A stretch of DNA of 64,000 nucleotides from Deltaproteobacteria bacterium (GCA_040218735.1 JAVJQW010000011.1:352001-416000), one strand, 5' to 3'; positions 31,014-39,856 are shown, numbered from the stretch's first letter. Notes: generated from the letters alone by a model not told the origin. Numbers and translations: made by a program.

Positions 31014-32102
31014 ATGAAGTTGGAACCCATCGACGTAGGTCTGGAGGGGGTCGTCGTCGCCGAGACCGTGCTGAGCGAGGTGGACGGCGAGCGTGGCGCC
31101 CTGCTCCTGCGCGGCCATCCACTCCACCACATCGCCGGGGAGTGGACCTTCGAGGAGGTCGTGCACCTGTTCGTCACCGGCGAACGCCCCGACAGCGCTA
31201 CGCGCCAGTCGCTCGAACGACGCCTCGGGGCGGCGCGGGTCGAGGCCTACGAACACATCGGTCGGCTCGGCGCGGCCCTCGACGTCGACAACGGCATGGA
31301 CGCGCTCCGGGGCGCCGTCGCCCAGGGGCAAGTCCCCGAAGACGACGCCATGCAGACCGTGCTCACCCTCGCCGCTCGCGTCGCCGTCTTCGCTGCGGCG
31401 TGGTCTGCACGCCAGAGCGGCCGCTCCCTAATCGCGCCGAACCCGGAGCGCGCCCACGCCCAGGACCTCCTCTCGATGTACCTCGGACGCGACTGCGACC
31501 CCGTGTACGGCCGCGCCCTCGACACGTACCTCACCACGGTGGTCGACCACGGCATGAACGCCTCGACGTTCACGGCGCGGGTCGTCGCCTCGACGGAGTC
31601 CGACGCGACCTCGTGTGTCGTCGCCGCCCTCGGCGCGCTCAAGGGGCGCCTCCACGGCGGCGCGCCCGGACCGGTCCTCGACATGCTCGACGCGATCGGT
31701 ACGCGCGACAACGCCGAGGCCTGGTTGAAGGGCGAGCTCGACCACCGACGCCGCATCATGGGCATGGGGCACCGCGTGTACCGTGTACGCGACCCGCGCG
31801 CGGCCGTGCTCGAAGGCGCCGTCGCGACCCTCCGCGACGACGAGCGGCTCGCGCTCGCCAAGGCCACGGAAGAGACGGCCGCGCGGCTCCTCGCGGAGCG
31901 CCACCCGGACCGTCGCCTCCGTGCGAACGTCGAGTTCTACACCGCGGTGCTCCTCGAAGCCCTCGAGATCCCGCGCGCGTCCTTCACGCCGACGTTTGCG
32001 TGCGGACGCGTCGTGGGGTGGCTCGCCCACGTCTTCGAACAGCGCTCCGTCGGTCGACTCATCCGTCCGAAGTCACGCTACGTGGGCCCCGCCGCGCGCT
32101 GA
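31014..32102 (+). CDS. Citrate synthase / 2-methylcitrate synthase family (NVEFY type)
   Basis: GLEGVVVAET, DHGMNASTF, GRLHGGAP, MGMGHRVYRVRDPR, ANVEFY. Confidence 0.93.
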   Translation: MKLEPIDVGLEGVVVAETVLSEVDGERGALLLRGHPLHHIAGEWTFEEVVHLFVTGERPDSATRQSLERRLGAARVEAYEHIGRLGAALDVDNGMDALRGAVAQGQVPEDDAMQTVLTLAARVAVFAAAWSARQSGRSLIAPNPERAHAQDLLSMYLGRDCDPVYGRALDTYLTTVVDHGMNASTFTARVVASTESDATSCVVAALGALKGRLHGGAPGPVLDMLDAIGTRDNAEAWLKGELDHRRRIMGMGHRVYRVRDPRAAVLEGAVATLRDDERLALAKATEETAARLLAERHPDRRLRANVEFYTAVLLEALEIPRASFTPTFACGRVVGWLAHVFEQRSVGRLIRPKSRYVGPAAR

Positions 32103-32148
32103 ATCCACCACTTGCGACGCCCACGGTCGGCGACGCAAGATCGCGTGG

Positions 32149-33528
32149 GTGCGCCGGCACTGGAGCATCATCGTCATCGCGGTCGCCTTCGGTTGCGGTG
32201 AGCGCGCGAAGCTCCGCATCGAGCTCCCCGAGCGCATGGACGGCGAGCTCACGCTCTTCGTCGGTCACAGCGACGAGCTCGAGAGCGGCGCCCTCGTCTT
32301 CGACCTCCGCGATCCGAATCCACCCGAGCTCGCCGTCGAGGTCGAAGAGGGCGGCGACATCGAGCTGGGTTTCATCCGGCAGAGCCTCGAGACGCTCGCG
32401 CGCGCGCCCGGGCGGGTCGTCCTCGAAAAGGACGCGACCGGCGCCACCTACTCGGGCGCTCGGTACTTCACCACCCCGGTGGTCCGGGACGCCTCGGTCG
32501 CGGCCGACGAGTGGACGCCCAGCGCCGTCCTCCCCGAAGTCCTCGCGCGCGTCCCTCCCCCACCGAACCCGATCGTGTGCCGGCGCGTCGCGCTCTCGAC
32601 CTCCGTGGACACGGGTGTCGTCGGCTTCGCGAGCCTCGCCGTCAACTCACCCGCGACCGTCCTCGTCGTGAGCGAAGAGAGCGGCATCGTCGAGGTGACC
32701 GCCGAGCGCGCACGCCCCGCGACCGAGCTCGCGCAGGCGCCGTCGCACTTCGTCTGGGCCGACGACGGTGTGGCCTGGACGATCGACGACCAGGCGCGCG
32801 TCGCCGCCATCGAGACCTCGACGGCGGGGTACGTTTGGCGCCTCGTCGACACCGCGACCCTGGCGATCGGCCAGGCGACCCACCTGGTCGTCGGGCGCGA
32901 CAGCGACGACCGCCTCCAGATCGCGGCGATGACGGAGTCGAGCGAGGTGCTCATCACGAGGGAGGGTGATGCGGCCTGGCTGCGGTGGCCCTTCGTCGGT
33001 GACGCCGACTCGTCGACGGTGGACTTCGACCTGATGTGGGTCGGCTCCGGCGCGCTCCTCGTCGCGACCGGGCTGAACAATCCGGTGCGCCTCGAGCGCG
33101 TCGGCGACGCCATCATCGAGACGCCGCTCGGCGTCGAGGGCCCGGACGTCCTCGACTTCCTCCGGTCGTTCAGCTTCGCGCGCTCGTCGATCGGGCTCCA
33201 CATGCTCTCGTCGGGTGCGATCCTCACCCGCCCGATGAAGATGCAGGGTGAGCTGTTCCTCCCCGACCGCCCGGCGTTCCGGCTGGCCGCTACCAGCGTC
33301 GCCATCGATGCGTTCGACGACGGGAGCCTGCTCTACGCGACGCGCGGCTTCCTCGTCGGGATCGACGCCAGCGACGGCTGCGTCGAGCCGGAGAACTTCG
33401 AGACCGGAGCGCTGCGGTACCCGACCATCATCGACGAGGACCACGGCGTGATCCTCGACCACGGGTTCGGAGACGCCACGAGCTCCGTCATGTTCCTCGA
33501 CTTCTTCGAGGGCCCACCGAGAGGCTGA
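32149..33528 (+). CDS. Hypothetical lipoprotein, beta-rich (possible propeller)
   Basis: GTG start gives RRHWSIIVIAVAFGC lipobox; the upstream part of the tracked ORF overlaps citrate synthase and was discarded. Confidence 0.7.
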   Translation: MRRHWSIIVIAVAFGCGERAKLRIELPERMDGELTLFVGHSDELESGALVFDLRDPNPPELAVEVEEGGDIELGFIRQSLETLARAPGRVVLEKDATGATYSGARYFTTPVVRDASVAADEWTPSAVLPEVLARVPPPPNPIVCRRVALSTSVDTGVVGFASLAVNSPATVLVVSEESGIVEVTAERARPATELAQAPSHFVWADDGVAWTIDDQARVAAIETSTAGYVWRLVDTATLAIGQATHLVVGRDSDDRLQIAAMTESSEVLITREGDAAWLRWPFVGDADSSTVDFDLMWVGSGALLVATGLNNPVRLERVGDAIIETPLGVEGPDVLDFLRSFSFARSSIGLHMLSSGAILTRPMKMQGELFLPDRPAFRLAATSVAIDAFDDGSLLYATRGFLVGIDASDGCVEPENFETGALRYPTIIDEDHGVILDHGFGDATSSVMFLDFFEGPPRG

Positions 33529-33530
33529 CC

Positions 33531-33944
33531 ATGTCCTGTGTGTTCTGCGAGATCATCGCGGGCCAGCTACCCGCTGCGATCGTCTTCGAGGACGACGAGA
33601 CGATCGCGTTCCTCGACAAGAGCCCGGTGTTCATCGGCCACGTGCTGGTGACGCCGAAGGTGCACCACGAGACGCTGACCGACGTCCCCACCGAGCTCCT
33701 CACGCCGCTCTTCGTGCGGGTTCAGACGATCGCCCGCGCTGTCGAGGCGGGCCTCGAAGCGCAGGGCACCTTCGTCGCGATGAACAACCGCATCAGCCAG
33801 AGTGTCCCGCACCTGCACGTGCACGTCGTACCGCGCCGAAAGAAGGACGGGCTCCGCGGCTTCTTCTGGCCGCGCACCAAGTACACGGGCGAGGCGCAGA
33901 TGCACGAAGTCGCCGCTCGGATCCGCGACGCGCTCAATCCCTGA
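33531..33944 (+). CDS. HIT family nucleotide hydrolase
   Basis: CVFCEII, GHVLV, histidine triad HLHVHVV. Confidence 0.95.
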   Translation: MSCVFCEIIAGQLPAAIVFEDDETIAFLDKSPVFIGHVLVTPKVHHETLTDVPTELLTPLFVRVQTIARAVEAGLEAQGTFVAMNNRISQSVPHLHVHVVPRRKKDGLRGFFWPRTKYTGEAQMHEVAARIRDALNP

Positions 33945-35220
33945 CGACGCGTAGGTTCGGGAAGTACGTCGTGAGGATGTCCTCGGCGGACTGACCGGCT
34001 TCCGCGCGCGCTGCGGCGCCGGTTTGGCAGAGCCCGACGCCGTGACCGAGCCCGACGCCCACCAGCTTGAAGTCTCGTCCGCGCCTCCGCGCTACGAAGC
34101 GTGGCGACAGGATGTGGTCCCAACCGATGCGGCGGCCGAGCACTCGATGCACCTTGGCACCCTTCACCCGCTTCGTGCCCTTGTTGTCCCCGATGCGCCA
34201 CGACTGCCCGTCGCGTGAGCCCGACAACCGCAACGTCTTCGCGTCGAGCGAGCGGTCTACCGCGCCCGCCAACGCCCGCGCGAGGTCGACGTCCGAGACC
34301 CGGTGGCTCCACCGGTGGTAGCGGCTGCCCCGGCACCAGTCGCGTCCCTCGTCGTCGACGTCTGCGACGCCGATGATGTCTTCGTTCGTCCCCGGCCACA
34401 CCCGCGACGCTGAGAGCGTCTGACCGCCGCACGTGCTGTGGAAGTAGGACGGCGCAACTTCGCCTGCGCCATCCACGAGGTACGCGCCGGCGGTGCTGTT
34501 CGCGGCGGAGGGACCCTCGGCGTCGGGCGGCTGCCCGCGGTAGACCTGGCAGTGCGGCGAGTCGCACAGCGAAGCTTCGTGGTGCCGCGGGTCGCCCATC
34601 GCGTGCATCGCGAACGTCCTGGTCACGATGGCCTGCGCGCGCTGCGCTTCGTACGGGGCGCGCGGGTGCTCGGACCGCACCACGGAGTCGATGTAACGCT
34701 CGAGATCGAGGTACGCGACGACCGAGATGCCGTCGCCGCGCACCTCCATCCGGAGGCGTCGTCCGATGCGGCGCTTCGCGCGGCGCCCCGCTACGACGGC
34801 GGGCGAGCGACACGACAGCTCGAAGCGCTGACGTTTCTCGCAGCGCCCCTCGTTGTCGGCTTCGTCGGTGAACGGGCAGAGGCGGAGCGTGAGGCCGACG
34901 CGATCGACCTGCTGCACGTCGAACGCGCCGAGGCGTCGGTCGGCCTCGCGGACGCGGCACTCCCCCTCCAGGATCCGGACGCGGCGTGAGCGTGGCTGCC
35001 GGAACAGCGCGACGTCGACCCACACGCGGCGGTCCTTCTCCAGAGACTCGACGACCGGCACGGGTTCGTCGGTGAGGAGGACCGCGACGGTCACCACGAC
35101 GAGCATCAGGGCGACGCCCGCCGATACCCAGACGACCGGACGCTCGAAGAAGTCGAGCCGAAGAAACCAATCCCGCACGCGGCCTTGGAGCGTTGTCCCC
35201 TGCGGTTCGTTCGACCGCAA
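33934..35220 (-). CDS. SpoIID/LytB-domain protein (putative lytic transglycosylase)
   Basis: N-terminal TM; EAQRAQAIVTRTF, LCDSPHCQVY, YFHSTCGG, GHGVGLCQ, ILTTYFP; start uncertain. Confidence 0.9.
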   Translation of the reverse strand: MRSNEPQGTTLQGRVRDWFLRLDFFERPVVWVSAGVALMLVVVTVAVLLTDEPVPVVESLEKDRRVWVDVALFRQPRSRRVRILEGECRVREADRRLGAFDVQQVDRVGLTLRLCPFTDEADNEGRCEKRQRFELSCRSPAVVAGRRAKRRIGRRLRMEVRGDGISVVAYLDLERYIDSVVRSEHPRAPYEAQRAQAIVTRTFAMHAMGDPRHHEASLCDSPHCQVYRGQPPDAEGPSAANSTAGAYLVDGAGEVAPSYFHSTCGGQTLSASRVWPGTNEDIIGVADVDDEGRDWCRGSRYHRWSHRVSDVDLARALAGAVDRSLDAKTLRLSGSRDGQSWRIGDNKGTKRVKGAKVHRVLGRRIGWDHILSPRFVARRRGRDFKLVGVGLGHGVGLCQTGAAARAEAGQSAEDILTTYFPNLRVVRD

Positions 35221-35247
35221 GAAAGATCGCCGGTATCAAGGCGCCCG

Positions 35248-36741
35248 ATGCCCTACGACTACATCGTGGTCGGCGGCGGGACGGCGGGTTGCGTCGTCGC
35301 CGCGCGCCTCGCGCAGAACGACCGTCGGCGTGTGCTCCTCGTGGAAGCCGGACCGACCGACGAGGCCAACCCGAAGATCCTCACGCTCTCGCGCTGGCAG
35401 GAGCTGCTCGAGACCGAGCTCGACTACGACTACCGCATCGAGCCGCAACCCCACGGCAACGATCACATCCGTCACAGCCGCGGGAAGATGCTCGGCGGCT
35501 GCTCCTCGCACAACTCGGCGATTGCGTTCATCCCGCCCGACATCGACTTCGATCGATGGGCCGACGAAGGCGCGAGCGGGTGGTCGGCGCAGGAAGTGTC
35601 GCGGTTCTTCGATCGCGTGCAGACCCGCGTGAACCTCGAGAAGAGCGCGTCGAAGAACGCGTGTGTCGAAGCGTTCCTCGAGTCGTGCGCGGCGGCGGGG
35701 TACGGGCGCGCGGACTTCGCGCGACCGTTTGCCGTCGGTGCGGACTGGTTCCGCCTCAACAAGACCGGTGCGCGGCGCGCGTCGTCTTCGGTCGCGTACC
35801 TCCACCCTACACAAAACCTCGGCGACAACCTGGAGATCCTCACCGACACCCGCGTGGAGCGCCTGGTCTTCGACGGCGCGCGGGCGGTGGGCATCGAGAC
35901 GGCGGCCGGTCGCTTCGAGGCGAGCGAATCGATCGTGCTGTGCGCGGGTGCCTTCGATACGCCGAAGCTCCTCATGCGATCCGGCGTCGGTCCTGCGGAC
36001 CACCTGCGTTCCGTCGGCGTCGAGGTGCTGCACGATCGGCCCGGCGTCGGTTCGAACCTGCTCGACCACCCGGAGGGCGTGATGATCTGGGGTGCGTCGC
36101 GGCCGGTCCCCGCGCGGACCGCGCAGCGGTACGAGGCCGGGCTGTTCGTCCGCGTCGATGACGACGCCCCGTGGCCGGACTTGATGTTCCACTTCGGCAC
36201 CGAGGCGTTCGACATGCAGACGAAGCGCGCGGGGTACGCGACGTCCGACAACGCCTTCTCCCTCACCCCCAACGTGACGCGCGCGCGCAGCGCGGGGACG
36301 GTGCGGCTACGAGACGCCGGCGTCGAGACGCCGCCGCGCATCGACTTCGCCTACTTCGCCGACCCGTACGACGAGCGCATCATGACCGCCGCGGCCGAGA
36401 TCGCGCGGGACGTCGTCAGACACCGACCGCTCGCCGATTGGGTCGACCGAGAGCTCGCCCCGGGCACGGACCTGACGGACCGTGCGTCGCTGTCGGAGTA
36501 CCTGCGAAGGACGGCGAACACCGTCTACCACCCCGCCGGGACGTGCCGGATGGGGCAGGACGGTTCGTGCGTCGTCGACCCCACGCTCGCGGTGACCGGG
36601 CTCGACGGCCTGCGCATCGCGGACGCCTCCGTGTTCCCGAGCCACGTCAGCGTCAACCCGTGTCTCACCGTGATGATGATCGGCGAGCGCTGCGCCGACT
36701 TCCTGATCTTTTCCGAAACGGATCGCGAGGCTCGGACGTAG
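35248..36741 (+). CDS. GMC oxidoreductase, choline-oxidase-like
   Basis: GGGTAG, GKMLGGCSSHNS, NTVYHPAGT, VNPCLTVMMIGERCAD. Confidence 0.88.
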   Translation: MPYDYIVVGGGTAGCVVAARLAQNDRRRVLLVEAGPTDEANPKILTLSRWQELLETELDYDYRIEPQPHGNDHIRHSRGKMLGGCSSHNSAIAFIPPDIDFDRWADEGASGWSAQEVSRFFDRVQTRVNLEKSASKNACVEAFLESCAAAGYGRADFARPFAVGADWFRLNKTGARRASSSVAYLHPTQNLGDNLEILTDTRVERLVFDGARAVGIETAAGRFEASESIVLCAGAFDTPKLLMRSGVGPADHLRSVGVEVLHDRPGVGSNLLDHPEGVMIWGASRPVPARTAQRYEAGLFVRVDDDAPWPDLMFHFGTEAFDMQTKRAGYATSDNAFSLTPNVTRARSAGTVRLRDAGVETPPRIDFAYFADPYDERIMTAAAEIARDVVRHRPLADWVDRELAPGTDLTDRASLSEYLRRTANTVYHPAGTCRMGQDGSCVVDPTLAVTGLDGLRIADASVFPSHVSVNPCLTVMMIGERCADFLIFSETDREART

Positions 36742-36749
36742 AGATCAAC

Positions 36750-36911
36750 ATGGACCACGAAGCGTTCGTTCGATTGATCCTCGAACCGATCGACGTCGAC
36801 GAGTCCAAGGACGAGCCCATCCTCCTCGTCGAAGCCGTCGATGACGGTGAGGCGGAAGCGTCCCCCGAAGCGAAGAACGCCGAAGACGACCCCTGGGTCC
36901 ACCTCGTCTAG
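36750..36911 (+). CDS. 53-aa acidic hypothetical protein
   Basis: MDHEAFVRL...DDPWVHLV; ATG 8 nt after the oxidase stop; GC3-rich codons; seen in the track only as the tail of a shadow ORF. Confidence 0.5.
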   Translation: MDHEAFVRLILEPIDVDESKDEPILLVEAVDDGEAEASPEAKNAEDDPWVHLV

Positions 36912-36958
36912 GAGCGTTTATGTCGGATAGCTGGGGCGGGAGTGCCCAGGAACGCCCC

Positions 36959-37816
36959 CTACAACTCCACGCGCTCCCAGGCGGGAACGAACAGGTAGGC
37001 GAGGACGTGCCACCACGACGTCGGCTGAGCGACCTCGGGCTCCGGCTCGGGGGCCGGCGGCGTCCACGCGACGCTGGGGACGGAGATCGGCTTCGCCGAC
37101 CGCTCCGAGGCGCCGAGGCTCTCGAGGTACCGCATCCACTCGCGCTCGACGGCGCCCGCGATTCCTTTCAAACGAACGCCGATGCCGGTGGGGATGGTGT
37201 AGGCGCGCGAGCGGTTGGCGTCGACGACGTGGACGACCTCGCCTGTGAGCCGCAGCAACCCGTTGGCGCGCTCGATCTGGAGCTCCAACAGCGTCCCGAG
37301 GGGCGGCGGCTGCCGAGCTTCGAGGAACATGCCGCCCTTGGAGATGTCGCGCATCGTGGCGACGCGCGGCTCGGCCTCGCCGTCGAGACGCACGAGGATC
37401 CGCTGCCGCGTCACGTACCGGCGGTGGCGGCGCGGGCGGTCTTCGACCCACTCGGAGGGCTCGAGGTCCTGCGTCGCCGTCGGCGTCCACAGCGGGTGGT
37501 TGATCTCCGCCCACTCCTCGAGCTCGTCCGGGACGTACAGCCACGTGTCACCAATGCGCACCTGGTCGCCGCGCTCGAGCGCGATGCGCCCCTCCACGCG
37601 TCGGTCGCCGAGGTAGCTCCCGTGTTTGCTTCCGAGGTCCTCGAACCAGACCGTGCCGTCCTCCAACCACATCTGCGCGTGGCGGTCGCTGATGCGCGGG
37701 TCCCAGCCGAACTCACACGCGGCCGTACGCCCGCGTCGTCCCAGAGTGACCGTGCTCTCCTCGCCCAAGAGGAAGACCGCTTCCCCGATCGCGGGGTGCC
37801 GAACGAAGACCTTCAT
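36959..37816 (-). CDS. FHA + PilZ domain protein
   Basis: FHA motifs LGR, ISDRHA, DLGSKHGS; PilZ motifs RRHRR, DISKGG, GIGVRL. Confidence 0.88.
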   Translation of the reverse strand: MKVFVRHPAIGEAVFLLGEESTVTLGRRGRTAACEFGWDPRISDRHAQMWLEDGTVWFEDLGSKHGSYLGDRRVEGRIALERGDQVRIGDTWLYVPDELEEWAEINHPLWTPTATQDLEPSEWVEDRPRRHRRYVTRQRILVRLDGEAEPRVATMRDISKGGMFLEARQPPPLGTLLELQIERANGLLRLTGEVVHVVDANRSRAYTIPTGIGVRLKGIAGAVEREWMRYLESLGASERSAKPISVPSVAWTPPAPEPEPEVAQPTSWWHVLAYLFVPAWERVEL

Positions 37817-37936
37817 CGCAACCATTCGAGTTCGGCTCGACCGCCTTGAACTGAAACGGCATTGCCTCGATTCGAGTCATTGGCGGGCGGGTCATGCCTC
37901 AACTCGGCCCAGCCCAGGCCGTACCTCTACGATGAG

Positions 37937-38389
37937 ATGCAGACGAAATCCCACCTCGGCACCCTGGGCCTCCTCATTCTCTTCACGGCGCCCGCCTTCG
38001 CCGAGACGCCCGCGCCGACCGAGGGCCCCACCGCAGCTGCGCTCCCCACGGTGACGCCGCGTGCCTATCGTCGCCTCACCGGACGCCTCGTGACTCGCGT
38101 CGTGCGCCAGCACCGGCGCTCGATCGGTCGCTGCTACAACCGCTCCCTCAAACGCGACCAGCGCCTTTCCGGCCGACTCGACGTGCTCGTCACGGTGAAG
38201 CCGGACGGACACGTGAAGGCCGTGCAGCTCGCGACGAAACAGTTCGCCGGGTCGCCGCTGGCGACGTGCATCGAGCGTTCGATTTCGGCGTGGCGGTTCC
38301 CGGCGTTCGCGGGCGACGCCGCGCAAGACGTGTTGCTGCCGTTCAGCCTGCGGCCGCCCAAAGCGCGCGCCAAGATCGCGTCGCGCTAG
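37937..38389 (+). CDS. Secreted AgmX/PglI C-terminal (TonB-C-like) domain protein
   Basis: Signal peptide; IGRCYNRSLK...LSGR...V.PDG.V...CI......WRFP...LPF. Confidence 0.85.
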   Translation: MQTKSHLGTLGLLILFTAPAFAETPAPTEGPTAAALPTVTPRAYRRLTGRLVTRVVRQHRRSIGRCYNRSLKRDQRLSGRLDVLVTVKPDGHVKAVQLATKQFAGSPLATCIERSISAWRFPAFAGDAAQDVLLPFSLRPPKARAKIASR

Positions 38390-38397
38390 GGACGCAA

Positions 38398-38961
38398 TCA
38401 GATCTCGGCGCGGCTGGAGACGATGCGGCTGATGAGCCCGAAGTCGAGGGCCTCGTTCGGGTCCATCCAGTTGTCGCGATCGGTCGCCTTGGCGACCTCG
38501 TCCAGCGGACGCCCGGTCTCCTGGGCGTAGAGCTGGTTGATCTTCTCCTTGGTGCGCACGATGTCGCGCGCGTGGATCTCGATCTCCGACGCGGAGCCGG
38601 TGAGCATCCCGGAGATCAGCGGCTGGTGGATGAGGAACTTGCTGTTCGGGAACGCGAGGCGGTTCTTCTTCTCGGCGCACAGCGCGATCAGCGAGCCCAT
38701 GCTCGCCGCGAGCCCCGTCACCACCGTGATGACCTCGGGCTGGATGAACTTCGCGGTGTCGAAGATCGCGAAGCCGGAGCTCACCTCGCCGCCCGGGCTG
38801 TTGATGAAGAGGTAGACCGGACGCTCGGAGTCGTCGCGCTCGAGCGCGAGGAGCATCTTGTTGACGTCGTGCGCGAGCTTGGCGCCGACGGGCCCGGAGA
38901 TCTGAACGATCCGGCTCTCGAAGAGCTTGTGATCGAGTGGATTGAAGAACGGGAACTCCAT
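38398..38961 (-). CDS. clpP: ATP-dependent Clp protease proteolytic subunit
   Basis: INSPGG, GLAASMGS, IHQP, DRDNWM; no tig or clpX alongside, so probably a paralogue. Confidence 0.95.
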   Translation of the reverse strand: MEFPFFNPLDHKLFESRIVQISGPVGAKLAHDVNKMLLALERDDSERPVYLFINSPGGEVSSGFAIFDTAKFIQPEVITVVTGLAASMGSLIALCAEKKNRLAFPNSKFLIHQPLISGMLTGSASEIEIHARDIVRTKEKINQLYAQETGRPLDEVAKATDRDNWMDPNEALDFGLISRIVSSRAEI

Positions 38962-39144
38962 GTTGAAAAAAAGGCTACCACGACTCCCGGCGACCGTTCA
39001 GTGCACATGACACCTCCGGACGCGCCGAAATCACGTTGGGACACGGGACCTTGCGAACCAGCGCGGGGCGGACGGGTCCGCGCGCGCGCGCCGAGGTGTG
39101 CAGTCCACCGCACGATCGCCGCACGACCTCACCACGGCCGGTCC

Positions 39145-39160
39145 CGGCACCGAAGTTGCG
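39145..39160 (+). promoter_or_regulatory. Sigma-54-type -24/-12 promoter candidate
   Basis: CGGCACCGAAGTTGCG has exact GG-N10-GC spacing with GGCAC and TTGC, 13 nt before ATG 39174. Confidence 0.5.
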
Positions 39161-39173
39161 ACGGGGCTCCGCC

Positions 39174-39674
39174 ATGCGAACCACGCTCCTCACCGCCGCC
39201 CTCCTCTTCTGTAGCGCCACCGCCCTCGCGTCCGGTGAGCAGGTCATCGTCGATGGGAACGGGAAGGTCGTCGTCCGCGACGGCCAGGGGAAGAAGGTCG
39301 TCGTCGATGGCAGCGGCGTCTTCCTCGACGACGGCGCCGACGAGGTCTCGGTCCAAAGCGCACCCGCCCACGCCCGAGTCTGTCGTGCCGGCGACAGCTG
39401 CAAGCTGACTTGCCCCGAAGGGCGCTGCGCCTTCGTCTGCGAAGCCGAGTCGACGTGCAACGTAGGTTGCCCCGGCGGCCGCTGCGCGCAAACTTGCCGC
39501 GCGGGCGCGAGCTGCACCTTCACCTGCGAAGGAGCGCGCTGTAACCAGACTGCGGAGAAGAACGCGAAGGCGCGGCTCCTCTGCCCGGGCGGACGCTGCA
39601 AGCAAACTTGCGCGAAGGGGAAGGCGTGCAAGACACGTTGCCTCGGCGGCCGATGCAAGACGACGCGCCGCTGA
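39174..39674 (+). CDS. Secreted protein with five 19-aa Cys-rich repeats
   Basis: Signal peptide, then C-x5-C-x3-C-x4-C-x3 repeats. Confidence 0.85.
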   Translation: MRTTLLTAALLFCSATALASGEQVIVDGNGKVVVRDGQGKKVVVDGSGVFLDDGADEVSVQSAPAHARVCRAGDSCKLTCPEGRCAFVCEAESTCNVGCPGGRCAQTCRAGASCTFTCEGARCNQTAEKNAKARLLCPGGRCKQTCAKGKACKTRCLGGRCKTTRR

Positions 39675-39709
39675 GCATCGGCGTGAGCCCATCGCTCGAC
39701 GGCAGAGAC

Positions 39710-39848
39710 AAACGCGGCTCCGCTCTCGATCCTCACGGATCGCAGGGAGCCTTCGATGAAACGAGAGTTGATCGAGCAACGAGCTGACGAGCCATCCGAA
39801 CCGCCGAAACTTCGATCGAGCACTAATGTACTCGACTGCGCCGCGTTT
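39710..39848 (-). ncRNA. Candidate structured RNA or REP/MITE-like element, family unknown
   Basis: 9-bp closing inverted repeat plus two internal hairpins, one with a GUGA tetraloop on the minus strand; lies between convergent genes. Confidence 0.35.
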
Positions 39849-39856
39849 TGCACACC

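Noticed and set aside
39742-39780. SAM-I-riboswitch-like words (AGGGA...CGATGAAAC...GCAAC)
   Set aside because: P1 and pseudoknot elements are missing, and the site is between convergent 3' ends rather than in a leader.
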